DNA of 64,000 nt from an uncultured delta proteobacterium (GCA_963745835.1 CAVUZH010000016.1:352001-416000); one strand, 5' to 3'; counted from the stretch's first letter, positions 31,157 to 41,695 are shown. Translations and numbers: made by a program. Notes: generated from the sequence alone by a model not told the origin.

Positions 31157-32209
31157 TCACAGGGATTGCCGCAACAATGGAGTTCTACGTAGAGCGCCAA
31201 GATCACGAGCGCCGACACACAACATCGCCACCTTGATCTCGTAGATAATCGAACGCAGCGATTTTACCACCTTTTCGGCGGACTCTAATGCCGGCGCCAG
31301 CAGCGGTTGACCTAAAGCGGCCATGTCGGCCCCGAGAGCTATGGCTTTCGCCATGTCCAAGCCGGAGCGAATGCCGCCGGAAGCGACCAGGGTCATTTCC
31401 GGGAGGACTTCCCGTACCGCAATCAGCGATTGATCTGTTGGAATACCCCAGTCGGCAAACGAGACATCCACCGGTTGCCCGGCCTTGGCAGCCCTGGAGG
31501 CTTCGACCGCGTACCAAGAAGTGCCGCCCTTGCCCGCGACATCGATGGCTTTGACGCCCGCGCGCGCAAGCCGCACGGCAACTTCGGCCGAGATGCCGCT
31601 GCCGACTTCTTTGGCGACCACCGCTACCTCCAGATCACGACAAATCGCCGCTATTTTAGCCGTCAAGCCGGAAAAATTGCGGTTGCCCTCGGGCTGGACA
31701 GCTTCCTGGAGAACGTTCAGATGTAAAATTAGGGCATCGGCACCGATCATTTCCACGGCGCGTCGACACTGATCCAGACCGTAACCGTAATTGAGTTGAA
31801 CAGCACCGAGATTGGCGAGCAGGAGGATGTCCGGGGCAACTTCCCTGACTTGAAAAGATTCTGCGGCGGATGGTTCTTCAATGGCGACGCGCTGCGACCC
31901 GACCCCCATCGCCAAACCGAGCTCTTGCGCCGCGGCAGCAAGATTGCGGTTGACCGTTCGCGCCAAGCTGAAGCCGCCAGTCATCGAGGAGATCAGTAAA
32001 GGCGCCTTCAGTCGCTTGCCCAGAAAGGTTGTCTCGGTGTCGATTTCGTCTATGTCGAGATCGGGCAATGCGTTGTGAACAAACCTATAGGAACCGAGAC
32101 CGGATCCTGTTGGACTCAAAATCGTTTTGCTGTCGAGACACAGCTCGAGATGTTCTTTTTTTCGCTGTTGGGTCTTGGTGAGAGCTTTATTCTCTCGGCG
32201 ACTTGGCAT
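31157..32209 (-). CDS. fni: Type 2 (FMN-dependent) isopentenyl-diphosphate isomerase
   Basis: RKKEHL, SSMTGG, GVGSQR, HLNVLQE, KEVGSG, GKGGTSW, SGGIR. Confidence 0.95.
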   Translation of the reverse strand: MPSRRENKALTKTQQRKKEHLELCLDSKTILSPTGSGLGSYRFVHNALPDLDIDEIDTETTFLGKRLKAPLLISSMTGGFSLARTVNRNLAAAAQELGLAMGVGSQRVAIEEPSAAESFQVREVAPDILLLANLGAVQLNYGYGLDQCRRAVEMIGADALILHLNVLQEAVQPEGNRNFSGLTAKIAAICRDLEVAVVAKEVGSGISAEVAVRLARAGVKAIDVAGKGGTSWYAVEASRAAKAGQPVDVSFADWGIPTDQSLIAVREVLPEMTLVASGGIRSGLDMAKAIALGADMAALGQPLLAPALESAEKVVKSLRSIIYEIKVAMLCVGARDLGALRRTPLLRQSL

Positions 32210-32227
32210 GTCGAGCAAAGCAGGGCT

Positions 32228-32881
32228 TTACGACTGCTTTTTGATCCGCTGGCTGACCTTGGCGGCCGCCAGCGTGGTGGTTTTTCCGGCATCAGGATGA
32301 CGACTCATTCCTTCGTCATCCCATCGATGAAATAGTTTCACATCGATGCCGAACTGATCCAGGATACGAGTGACTGTCTGATTGATTACGTCATCCAATG
32401 TTTTAGGACGGTGATAAAAAGCCGGCACCGGTGGAAAGATAACCGCCCCCATTCGGGTCAGCGACACCATTGCCTCGAGATGGCCCAAGTGGAGCGGGGT
32501 TTCCCGTACTACGAGGACAAGCTTTTTGCGCTCCTTTAATACCACATCAGCGGCGCGCACTAGGAGGTCGCCCCCGAGCGAATGCGCAATACCGCTCATC
32601 GACTTCATCGAGCACGGCGCGATGACCATGCCTTCGGTGCGAAAGGAACCACTCGAGATGCTGGCTCCGACATTGTTAACGTCGTGAACGACATCCGCCA
32701 TCGCCTCGACATCCTTAGACGAGTACGGAGTCTCCACCTGGATCGTCATTCGACCCGCTTTGCTCAAAACCAGATGAGTTTCGATCTCAGCCAATTTCGC
32801 CAGGATCTCGAGCATGCGAACGCCATAAACGGCGCCGGTCGCGCCGGAAATGCCAACGATCAGTCGCTTTTTGTTATTCAA
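32228..32881 (-). CDS. ubiX: Flavin prenyltransferase
   Basis: GISGATGAVYG, ISSGSF, APCSMKS, RAADVVLKER, RETP, PPVPAFY. Confidence 0.95.
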   Translation of the reverse strand: MNNKKRLIVGISGATGAVYGVRMLEILAKLAEIETHLVLSKAGRMTIQVETPYSSKDVEAMADVVHDVNNVGASISSGSFRTEGMVIAPCSMKSMSGIAHSLGGDLLVRAADVVLKERKKLVLVVRETPLHLGHLEAMVSLTRMGAVIFPPVPAFYHRPKTLDDVINQTVTRILDQFGIDVKLFHRWDDEGMSRHPDAGKTTTLAAAKVSQRIKKQS

Positions 32882-33292
32882 TCGTCAAACTCCAAGACCA
32901 AGCGGTCACCATCCTTGACAGAGAGCGCATCTTTTATTCGAACTTGGGCAACGACTTCGATCTTGTCTTTTGGATAATCGACCACAGCAGGAAGTAGTAC
33001 AGCTCCCCTGACCGTTTCCTCGCCGTCGACCAATCGTTGTAAGCTGACACAAATAAAGCCCGGCGCTACAGAAGCCGGTCGGGACCGGCGCCAGTGGCAC
33101 AGCCGCAACCTCTCTCTGGATTTGCTGCCACAGCCGCGCATCCGGCGGCGTTGATGGCCGCAAATTGAGAGTAGCCGGGTACGGCGCAAATCCTAAACTT
33201 TCCCGAAGCGCTTCCTGCACCCAGTCTAGCGCCATAAATTTGGACGCTTGGCCCAGGTCCGAAAAAATCACACCTTCGATTCTGCGCGACAC
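32878..33292 (-). CDS. ribK: Archaeal-type CTP-dependent riboflavin kinase (DUF120), frameshift near 33048
   Basis: GVIFSDLGQASKF..LGFAPYPATLNL, then after the shift AVLLP..YPKDKIEVVA..IKDALSVKDGD. Confidence 0.78.
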
Positions 33293-33319
33293 TGCGCGTC
33301 CAATAAACCAAGTGCCGGC

Positions 33320-34091
33320 TCAATGGCCGGAGAGTGATGCCGCCTTGCCGCCGCGACGAACCTTGACCACCTCAGCCAGAATTGACAATGCAATTTCGGG
33401 CGGTGTCTCGGTCGCGATATCCAGACCTATCGGAGCGTACACCCGCTCGATGACTTCCTCGGCGATTTTCTCCTCGTCACGGAATCTTTGAAAACACGCC
33501 TTGATTCGCCGCCGGCTACCGATCATACCGATGTATTTCGCTTTACTGTGAAGGATCTGCGCGCAGACAAGGTTCATCATATTTATGTCCGCGGGTAATA
33601 AGGACGATATAACAGGATGGAGTAATCGTCATCTCCTTCAACATTTGCGCCATATCGCCAACCAGCACTTCATCAGCCGCGGGAAACCTGTCGCGATTGG
33701 CATAAAGGAGGCGATCGTCAATGACAGTAACGTGAAAATCTAGAACCTTGGCGATTTGAACCAGAGGCACTGCGATATGGCCGGCGCCGACAACAATCAG
33801 CTTGGGCGGCGCCAACATGACTTCAAAAAAAACCTGAAGCCTTCCGCCCTCGGGTATTTCAATTGCCACGAGCTTGGACTTCTCCCCGCTTGATATCGCC
33901 TCGCTCTCACGAACGATCCGCTCAACCGCGCGCGAATCGCCGATCGTCTCGGTTTCGCTTTTGCCGTCCACTACCAGGCATTTAGCGCCGGCTTGAATAC
34001 GGTCGCTTCCCTCCGCTTCGACGATCGTCGCAAGAACAGCGGATAGGCCTTGCTCGCTGATCCGCACCAATTCTTCAGAAAGGGCGCTCAT
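33320..34091 (-). CDS. xdhC: XdhC family Moco insertion protein (CoxI plus Rossmann part), frameshift near 33561
   Basis: VGAGHIA, VIDDR, TRGHKYD, then YIGMIGSRRR, APIGLDI..TPPEIALSILAE. Confidence 0.85.
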
Positions 34092-34482
34092 TCCTTGCCA
34101 GTGGCTCCCCGTCGCGCTCTTCCCACCAGGGATCGACAAAAATATTCATGATCCCGCCGCAAACAGCCGGGCTGTCGGACGATATGTCATCGAGCAGATC
34201 TACACGCACCATTCGCGGTTTGCGCGTACGGATGACTTCAATAGCTTCGCGCTTGACGTCTGCCTCGCCGCAACCACCGCCGATGGTGCCGAGAATTTCT
34301 CCCCAGGCCGTGACCACCATTTTCGCGCCGACTTCTCGCGGAGTCGAGCCTTTGGCCGAGACGATAGTCGCCACCGCGACTGTTTCGCCTTTGTCGAGAA
34401 ACTCTTTTACCTGATGATAAACCGAGTCTTTCTTTTTGGCTTCCAAAGCCGGGTCCTCAAAGCACGTTCCTTGACCTGACAT
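34075..34482 (-). CDS. XdhC/CoxI N-terminal domain protein (may be fused to the next gene)
   Basis: GSTPREVGAKM, GTIGGGCGE, VCGG. Confidence 0.85.
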   Translation of the reverse strand: MSGQGTCFEDPALEAKKKDSVYHQVKEFLDKGETVAVATIVSAKGSTPREVGAKMVVTAWGEILGTIGGGCGEADVKREAIEVIRTRKPRMVRVDLLDDISSDSPAVCGGIMNIFVDPWWEERDGEPLARNERPF

Positions 34483-34505
34483 GATTTTCCTCCGTGGAGA
34501 CGATT

Positions 34506-35718
34506 TCAAGCCACCATCTTCTGTAAAGTGCGCCCCAATGCAACCAAACTGTTAAGATTATGAACCGACAAGAATAGATCGATGTACGGCAAGGCCGCCT
34601 GCATTCCCTTGCACAAGGGCTCGTAATTTTCGCTGGCAAGCAGCGGATTGAGCCAGATCACTTTCTTACATCGACGCTTTAGATCCTGCATCTGCCGCTC
34701 TAGTAGGCTAACGTCGCCCCGGTCCCAACCGTCACTAATGATAACGACGATGGTCCGGGAGGTCACCATGGCCGGAGCAAAATTTCGGTTGAAGGTTTGC
34801 AGAGAACGGCCGATGTTGGTGCCACCGGACCAGCCCAAAATACTGCCGGAGATCTGCTCCAGCGCATTGGCAATATCCTTGGTGCGAATCAAATGGGTGA
34901 TACGGGTAAGCGAAGTGCTAAAAACAAACGTCTCAACACCCCATAGCTCATTCTGCAATCCGTACATGAATTGAATCAAAAATCGACTGTAACAATCCAT
35001 CGAGCCGCTGACATCACAAAGCAGCACCACCTTGGTTTTTTTGATGCGGCGCTTGCGGTTGACCAACTCGACCACGATCGCCGCCGTATTTGATGTTTTT
35101 GCGCAAGGTCCAACGGGGGTCCACCGTGGCCCCTTTGCGCGAGTGTTTCTTGCGCCGGCTGATCTGGGTGGCGATTTTCGTGGCAATCAGCAAGATTGCG
35201 CGGGCGATCGCGCGACTCTCCTCGACACTCATTTCGCTAAAATCTTTGCGGTTGAGCAACTCTTGGGCGCTGTAGGTAGGAATCGAAAACTCGTCCAGAT
35301 TCTCCAACTCGACATTCTCTTTCGCCGGCATTTCAGCAAATGCTTCATCCAACCCCTCCTCCTCGCCGCCTTCTTGCGCCTGAGATTCGGTGGGCGTTCC
35401 TTGAATCTCGAGCGTTTCCATCGGCACCCGCTCGTAGTTCTGTTCGCGCCAGAAGCAATCGAAGACCATGTCGAAGACGGGGAAATCCTCCACTTGAGAA
35501 ATCAAATTGGACCGCAGAAGAGCGCGAAAATCCTCCTTCTCGCCGATATCCACCAGATCAAGCGAGCGGGACGTGTCGATGATTTGGCTCAAACTTACCT
35601 TCACCCCCAATTGCTTCAGAGCGCGCCCGAAGGCGAGTAAATTGGCCACAGTACCGTGCCCACGCACCGCCGCAAAATTGTTGACTGCAGCTGCAACGAT
35701 TTCCGAAGTGATTTCCAT
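34506..35718 (-). CDS. coxE: CoxE-like VWA domain protein, frameshift near 35076
   Basis: LCDVSGSM MIDAS, WSGGTNIG, ISDGWD, WLNPL; N-terminal half in ORF 35014-35718. Confidence 0.85.
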
Positions 35719-35723
35719 ATCCG

Positions 35724-36686
35724 CTAACTCATCAATTCGGGCGAAGACCTGAGCAACGCATCCAAATTGAGATGTTTTCCTTCGATTTGCTCTTTCAGAT
35801 GGTGTAGATCTTCTCGATATTTGAATACACAGCCCATCGTTTCAACGACGGTCTTGTCGTCCAGTCCCTTTCGGTTGAGGGCAATCAGAGCTGTCGCCCA
35901 ATCCAATGTTTCGGCCACACCCGGCCTCTTGTAAAAATTCATCTCGCGAACCCGCTGCATAAATGCGCAGATCTGCTTGGCCATTGCCGGCGCGACCTCT
36001 GGAAACTTGGTCGAAATGATCTCCAGCTCCTTTTCAAAGGTTGGATACTCAATCCAATGATAAAGACAACGTCGCTTTAGGGCATCATGAATTTCGCGGG
36101 TCCGATTGGAAGTCAAAAAGACGTAAGGACGCTGCTTCGCTTGTACGGTGCCAATCTCGGGGATGGTGATTTGGAAGTCGGACAGTACTTCGAGCAAGAA
36201 GGCTTCAAACTCGACGTCGGCGCGGTCGATTTCGTCGATAAGCAGAACTGGCGGATTCTCCTCCTCGCTGATAATGGCCTCCAACAGAGGGCGCTTGAGC
36301 AAGTAATCCTGGTTGAAGATCTCGGTTTCGACCGCCTTCTTATCTCCTCTTTGAACTTCCTCCAGTTTGATCCGCAACATTTGCTTGGGATAATTCCACT
36401 CGTAGAGTGCCGTGTTGGCATCCAAGCCCTCGTAGCATTGGAGCCGGATCAGTTTGGCGTTCAACACTTTCGCAAGCACCTTGGCGATTTCAGTTTTACC
36501 GACTCCGGCCTCTCCTTCGAGCAGCAATGGTTTACCCATTGCCAATGAAAGATAGACAACGGTAGCCAATGAGCGGTCGCAAACATATTCCTCTTTGAGC
36601 AGAATCTCTTGAACCTCGTCGATCGTCAGCTGTTTTGGATTCACGCCAGCCTCACCGTTTGAGATTTTAGAATTTAGTTTCGCCAT
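35724..36686 (-). CDS. coxD: CoxD-like MoxR AAA+ ATPase
   Basis: LEGEAGVGKTE, RLQCYEGLD, LIDEIDRAD, DALKRRC, PGVAETLDW. Confidence 0.9.
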   Translation of the reverse strand: MAKLNSKISNGEAGVNPKQLTIDEVQEILLKEEYVCDRSLATVVYLSLAMGKPLLLEGEAGVGKTEIAKVLAKVLNAKLIRLQCYEGLDANTALYEWNYPKQMLRIKLEEVQRGDKKAVETEIFNQDYLLKRPLLEAIISEEENPPVLLIDEIDRADVEFEAFLLEVLSDFQITIPEIGTVQAKQRPYVFLTSNRTREIHDALKRRCLYHWIEYPTFEKELEIISTKFPEVAPAMAKQICAFMQRVREMNFYKRPGVAETLDWATALIALNRKGLDDKTVVETMGCVFKYREDLHHLKEQIEGKHLNLDALLRSSPELMS

Positions 36687-37500
36687 GAATTTTTAAATCT
36701 CCGAGAGAATGAAGAACCGCTTCCAAAACGCCGCCGGCGATCGCCCGCGACTTATCGGAAATCGAATCACAATAACCCCTTTCACCGCGCGGATCAATGT
36801 CGCCGGCTTTGATGCCTTGCTGGACCTGAATGCCATTGCGCAGCAGACCGCGAATCTGACCTGAGATCTCCGCTTTGATCAATTCACCATTCACGTTTGC
36901 GACCGGCTCACCCTTCGCGATCACATCACCGATAGTTCGCAGCGCATTAAAGATCCCGCTTTGCGGCACCCGCAGAACCCTGGACGCCGTATAGCCATCC
37001 ACCGAAGCGGGTATGCCGGTGTCGGATTCGGCGGCCCCATCCCAGATGACACGCCCTAAATGATGACCCCGATTACTTTCAACCACCGCATGCACATTAA
37101 ACCCCGCCGTGAAGCCCGGACCCACACCAATCACTAGCGGCGCGTCCGTGAGTCTTGCAACGCCATTCTTCTTAGCCATGATGGCGTCGACAACGACAGC
37201 GGGCTTGAGAATTTCTCGAATCGAGGCTTCGGGATCTACAAAGACCGGAATTTGATTTCGCTTCCAAGCCATATAAGCTTCATCGCAAGAAGCAGCGCGA
37301 ACAGCCTCGACTCCTTCGACGGTGTGAGCGCCTTCGTAAACCGCTTCGGCAAACGCAACATTTCTTCGGACCGACGTGGGCATGGTAATTTCAGTGATTA
37401 ACACCCGCATATGACAGCGGTGCAACCGATGCGCGATACCCGTAGCCATCTCGCCGCCACCACGGATGAGTACAATCAACTCAGAGATCGACAATGTCAT
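36667..37500 (-). CDS. yqeB: Selenium-dependent molybdenum cofactor protein YqeB
   Basis: IRGGGEMATG, VDAIMAKKN, GVGPGF, ESNRGHHLG, GDIDPR, ISDKSRAIAGGVLEA. Confidence 0.9.
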   Translation of the reverse strand: MTLSISELIVLIRGGGEMATGIAHRLHRCHMRVLITEITMPTSVRRNVAFAEAVYEGAHTVEGVEAVRAASCDEAYMAWKRNQIPVFVDPEASIREILKPAVVVDAIMAKKNGVARLTDAPLVIGVGPGFTAGFNVHAVVESNRGHHLGRVIWDGAAESDTGIPASVDGYTASRVLRVPQSGIFNALRTIGDVIAKGEPVANVNGELIKAEISGQIRGLLRNGIQVQQGIKAGDIDPRGERGYCDSISDKSRAIAGGVLEAVLHSLGDLKIHGETKF

Positions 37501-37590
37501 ACAGACTACAAATATCATAACAAAGCGGTCCGGATTATGGAAAGCTTTGTAGATGGGTCCAGCGAATAAGGAAATCGACGTAGTGCTTAG

Positions 37591-37627
37591 CACCAGCACA
37601 GCGGCGAAATCCGCCGCTGTGCTGGTG
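37591..37627. terminator. Perfect 16-bp stem hairpin between the T2SS operon and yqeB
   Basis: CACCAGCACAGCGGCG-AAATC-CGCCGCTGTGCTGGTG. Confidence 0.65.
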
Positions 37628-37684
37628 AGGGAAGATTTCTCTCTAGGAATTCGGGATGTGGCTATCTGGCGGAGATTTTTGCTG

Positions 37685-38059
37685 TTATCTAACCGTTACG
37701 CGCGAAATGTAGCTATCGGCAAACTTCTCATTTGCTTTGAGCGTATTGTTTAGTTCGACCGCTTCATTTCGGGTCGTCAATTGGCCGACACGAACGCGGT
37801 AACGCAACCGATTGTCGACCGCGGCCCGGATGACGCGCGCATCGTAGCCTTTTTGACGGAGCCGATCGGCCATCTGATCAGCATCTTTTTCTTCCGGCAG
37901 AGATGCAACCTGGACCATCCAAATGTGATTCACGTCGATGCCTGGAGTTGTTCGGTCGATTTTTTCTGCCCTTGTAATGACCCGCTCCGTAGGGGCGACC
38001 GGACTACCTAAGCTTGCTTGCACCGGAAACGGTCGTTCGAATTGCGCGCCTGCGATCAA
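37685..38059 (-). CDS. SPOR domain, probably the frameshifted C-terminus of GspD
   Basis: WMVQVASL..A..L..KGYDA..YRVRVG; no signal peptide, TTG start inside gspD. Confidence 0.75.
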   Translation of the reverse strand: MIAGAQFERPFPVQASLGSPVAPTERVITRAEKIDRTTPGIDVNHIWMVQVASLPEEKDADQMADRLRQKGYDARVIRAAVDNRLRYRVRVGQLTTRNEAVELNNTLKANEKFADSYISRVTVR

Positions 38060-40877
38060 TGGAGCGAGCCGACAACGCCGAGGCTATGCTTTCAGCTTGT
38101 GGAGCCTGTGCGACTTGCATTGGATCATTGGGCGTAACTAAATCGGCTGGGAACTGGTGCACGGCCGGAGGCCACGGCAACGGCGGGTTGCGATTGGTTA
38201 ACTCGGTGACTGTCGCAACCTCCGCAGGACGATTCAGTGTGGCCGTCGCACTTGCGGCATCTATGGGGGGCGCATTTTTCCTGCCTCTTTTATCCAACGA
38301 TATGGATGGTTGGGGCGGAGGATTCTGCGGCGTGTGCTGAGGCAAGGCTGGTCCAGGCATACCGCTTGGGATCGACGACGTATTGGGAGTCGGACTTGGT
38401 AAATTCTCTCTCGGGCCCGGCACTGCAGGGACGTCAGCCGGCGGCACGGCAGGCTGTTGCCTTCTTGATTTCAATCGCTCCTGTTCCATCCAAAAACGTT
38501 CGAGTTCATTTCTTATTCCATAGAGCTTATCTTTGAACCCTTCTGTCACCTGCTGGGCTTCGTCTCGGTTTCGAACGACATGGGGCGTAATGAGCATGAC
38601 CAGCTCAGTACGATCCGAGGTGTCGTTGGTGGTGCCAAAAAGTCGGCCCAGTACTGGAAGGTCCATCAAATACGGAATTCCTGAGCGATCTCGCCTTGTG
38701 GTGTCGCTGATGATCCCGCCGATCGCCAGCGTATCGCCATCTTGCACGACTGCGGTGGTTTCCGCATCGCGGGTCGTGAACGACGGCGAATTGGTATTGC
38801 CAAACGACGGGGCGCCCACATCGCTAACCTCTTGTTTGACCTGTAGGTGAACCAAACCCTGTGAATTGACTTGTGGAATGATCGTGAGAATAACGCCTGT
38901 GTTCCGATACTGCACACTGTTCACGATAGGACTGTCGGCGGAGACAATTGATTGAGATTGCGAGGACAAAACAGGAATCTCGCGACCGACCTGGATTCGC
39001 GCCGGTCGGTTATCCGTCGCCAGGACACTTGGCGACGAAAGGATTTTAGCGCGATTGTCGGTCGCCAAGGCGGAGATAAACGCTCGAATAGTATTGCCAC
39101 GCCCGGCAACCCCACTGATGCCGTTCAAGAATTGAGCGAATGGCGAGTTTTCGGTGGCGGGACGAGTTGCTTGATTGAAAATCCCGCTTCTCACCGCCCC
39201 TTGGGACTCGAAACTTTGACCGAATATCGACGGGTTGTATTTGCGAAACAATTCATATTCAACGCCGAATGATTCAGACCCTGTCAAGCTTACTTCGGCC
39301 ACCATAACGTCCATGAGAACCTGGCGCGGGATAATGTCGAGTTCTTTCAGAATGTTTTTGATATTCTGAAATTCCTGGACGGTGCCGTAAATGATCAATG
39401 AGTTCGTTCCCGGATCAGGCACGATTCTTAGTTGTTCCTCTGGCTTGGCACCGGGAGCTGTAGGAGTCGCCGGTCTGGGAGCCCCCGGTACGGATGGTAA
39501 CCCGGGCGCCAATCCGGGGGTTGGCGCCGCGGGCGGCGCTTGAGTGGGCGCCGGCGCCGGAACGGTGGCAAACGCGCCCCCTAACGGCTGGGTTTGTTGC
39601 TGAAACCCTGAGCGCCCATACGATGGACTCATTGAACGACTGCCGCTATCGAACTGTCCGAATCCTCCAGGCGTTGAGCGGTGCAAGTCTTGAAGGGTCC
39701 TGGAACTATCCCTTCTGCCCGTCATCGGCTGACCGAGCGCCTGGGTCAAGACATCGGCCAGCTCCGTCGCTTTGCCATTTTCCACCGGGTATATAAAGAT
39801 TCGCCTACCTGGTCCTTCACCTGCAACGTCAACGCGCTCCAGCCACCTTTTGGCATAAGTCCACGCAGCCTCGCTGTGGCTGATTACCAAGAGCTGATTG
39901 ATGCGCGGCAATGGAACGAATTGAGAAGCGAAGTTCTCTTGTTGCGGCGCCGACGCGGCGTAATACTGCATCACTTTCGTCATTTCGGCGGCAAGTTCTT
40001 CAGCGCTGGCAACCTTCGGCTGATAGATCTCCATGCGCGTTCCAGCAAACACCTGAACGTCGATCATATCGGCGATTTCGACTAGGCGCTGGATGTTAGA
40101 AGGAAGATCGATAATGACCAGAAAATTTCCCCGCGGATAATCTACGAGCTCGCCGCCGGGGGTCAAAAAGGGAGTCAAGAGCTTCTTCATTTCCGCCGCT
40201 GAGAAAAATCGCACCGGAACAACCTGCAGCGCGAAACTGTCTTCACGGCCTTGCGTCAATGGCCGTACCAGACCCTTAGCATCCTTGATCGTCGTGATCC
40301 GGTACATGTTTCCGGTGCGCACCGCTACCGCATTGTTCATGCGCAGGACTTGATGAAAAATGGGCAGCAAATCTTCGGGGCGCAACGGCTCGGCGCTATG
40401 AATCGTAACGATTCCCTTAACCTCGGGATCAATGGTGTATGTCAGCCGAAGGTGCTGGGCCAAAATGTGAATGATCTCGACTAAATCGGCTCGGTTGAAA
40501 TTCAGCGAGACCATACCGCCCGCCGTGCTCGGCGGGGGCAACATTCTTCGTTCCGGCGGAATCGGCGTCGGAGCAGGGGCAGGCGCCGGTGCGGGTACAC
40601 CTTGGGGAACGCTTTCGTCCGATGCGCCAGGAGTTCCTGGCACCTGTTGCGCAGAGGAGGGGGGCCGTTGCGGCACTATAGGCGCGCGGCGCGGAAGCTG
40701 ACTGGGCGGTGGCTGACCCTGCCCCGGCGGCACCTGATTCGGTTCTGTAGGGGCGGGTTGCACGGGTACGGGTGTAAGCGGAGGCTGCGTGGGACCTTGC
40801 TGTGCAGCGAGCGGTAGCACACTGCTAGTGACGTACACCAACGTCACCAACCCTCTGAAACACTTTCCTGGCATCAA
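38004..40877 (-). CDS. gspD: T2SS secretin
   Basis: SLNFNRADL N0 domain, LDIIPRQV, ILSSPSV, GVILTIIPQVN, GIPYLMDLPVLGRLFG, ELVMLITPHVV. Confidence 0.93.
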   Translation of the reverse strand: MMPGKCFRGLVTLVYVTSSVLPLAAQQGPTQPPLTPVPVQPAPTEPNQVPPGQGQPPPSQLPRRAPIVPQRPPSSAQQVPGTPGASDESVPQGVPAPAPAPAPTPIPPERRMLPPPSTAGGMVSLNFNRADLVEIIHILAQHLRLTYTIDPEVKGIVTIHSAEPLRPEDLLPIFHQVLRMNNAVAVRTGNMYRITTIKDAKGLVRPLTQGREDSFALQVVPVRFFSAAEMKKLLTPFLTPGGELVDYPRGNFLVIIDLPSNIQRLVEIADMIDVQVFAGTRMEIYQPKVASAEELAAEMTKVMQYYAASAPQQENFASQFVPLPRINQLLVISHSEAAWTYAKRWLERVDVAGEGPGRRIFIYPVENGKATELADVLTQALGQPMTGRRDSSRTLQDLHRSTPGGFGQFDSGSRSMSPSYGRSGFQQQTQPLGGAFATVPAPAPTQAPPAAPTPGLAPGLPSVPGAPRPATPTAPGAKPEEQLRIVPDPGTNSLIIYGTVQEFQNIKNILKELDIIPRQVLMDVMVAEVSLTGSESFGVEYELFRKYNPSIFGQSFESQGAVRSGIFNQATRPATENSPFAQFLNGISGVAGRGNTIRAFISALATDNRAKILSSPSVLATDNRPARIQVGREIPVLSSQSQSIVSADSPIVNSVQYRNTGVILTIIPQVNSQGLVHLQVKQEVSDVGAPSFGNTNSPSFTTRDAETTAVVQDGDTLAIGGIISDTTRRDRSGIPYLMDLPVLGRLFGTTNDTSDRTELVMLITPHVVRNRDEAQQVTEGFKDKLYGIRNELERFWMEQERLKSRRQQPAVPPADVPAVPGPRENLPSPTPNTSSIPSGMPGPALPQHTPQNPPPQPSISLDKRGRKNAPPIDAASATATLNRPAEVATVTELTNRNPPLPWPPAVHQFPADLVTPNDPMQVAQAPQAESIASALSARSIDRRRAIRTTVSGASKLR

Positions 40878-40889
40878 TCCTCCTGCTGG

Positions 40890-41537
40890 TTATGACTCGG
40901 GATTTGGATTTGGCGGAGCGGGAAGAGCTCCTCTTCTAGGCAGGTTGGGAACGACTCTCGGCGCGACCGCCGGCGCACCGCGTTGGCTTGGCGGTGTCGC
41001 TGCTCGACCGGGTGCCGGATCATCTCGCCGGAAATAATCTAAGAGAACCTCGACCCTCGACCCGCCCTTGGTAAAGACGACTCTCCGGTCGGCAATTTCA
41101 GTTAAGCGAAAGCCTTCTACGCTGTCACCAAGTTTTACGCGCATGGGCCCAACGGGCGCGGCTGGTCCATTGGGCGTAGTCGATTGGGTAGCCGGGTCTT
41201 GCAAAATCGCCGAGCGACTCTCGCCGAGAATTACCGTACCAAGCAGGACCATATTACGGATGCGTTGAAAAGAACGAGAATTAAATTCCGCTTCTCGAGT
41301 TGCACCTGCGCCTCGCTCCGGATCAAAGAGATTTTTGCTGATGATCAGGTCCGGATTTACCGCCGGCAGCGTCGGGTTGGCGTTGGTTGGCTGTTCATCA
41401 AGCGCTAACGGAGCCGCGGTCTTGGGCTGCTGCGGCAAACTCCACGGCTCCTCTTGCCAGACTTTGTAGATGCGCCAGCCGATCAAGCCTATGGCGACCA
41501 AAAGAAGAATGCTGAGCAGTGATGATCTTTTTAAAAT
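40890..41537 (-). CDS. T2SS GspC/XpsN-like protein
   Basis: N-terminal TM, KNLFDPER, LLGTVILG..AIL, LGDSVEGFRL; lies between gspM and gspD; start uncertain. Confidence 0.7.
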   Translation of the reverse strand: MLKRSSLLSILLLVAIGLIGWRIYKVWQEEPWSLPQQPKTAAPLALDEQPTNANPTLPAVNPDLIISKNLFDPERGAGATREAEFNSRSFQRIRNMVLLGTVILGESRSAILQDPATQSTTPNGPAAPVGPMRVKLGDSVEGFRLTEIADRRVVFTKGGSRVEVLLDYFRRDDPAPGRAATPPSQRGAPAVAPRVVPNLPRRGALPAPPNPNPES

Positions 41538-41695
41538 TTCGAAATCCTCCAGGGGATTCTCAGGTAAACAAAAGACCTCACGCTAACCTCGTTCACCTTT
41601 AGCGTTAAGAAACGTGGGCTTCTTTTCTCGGAAATAATCGCCATCTTTCGAACGCAGTCCATGGCATGGAAAAAATCAGGTCAGTGCTCTGCTAC

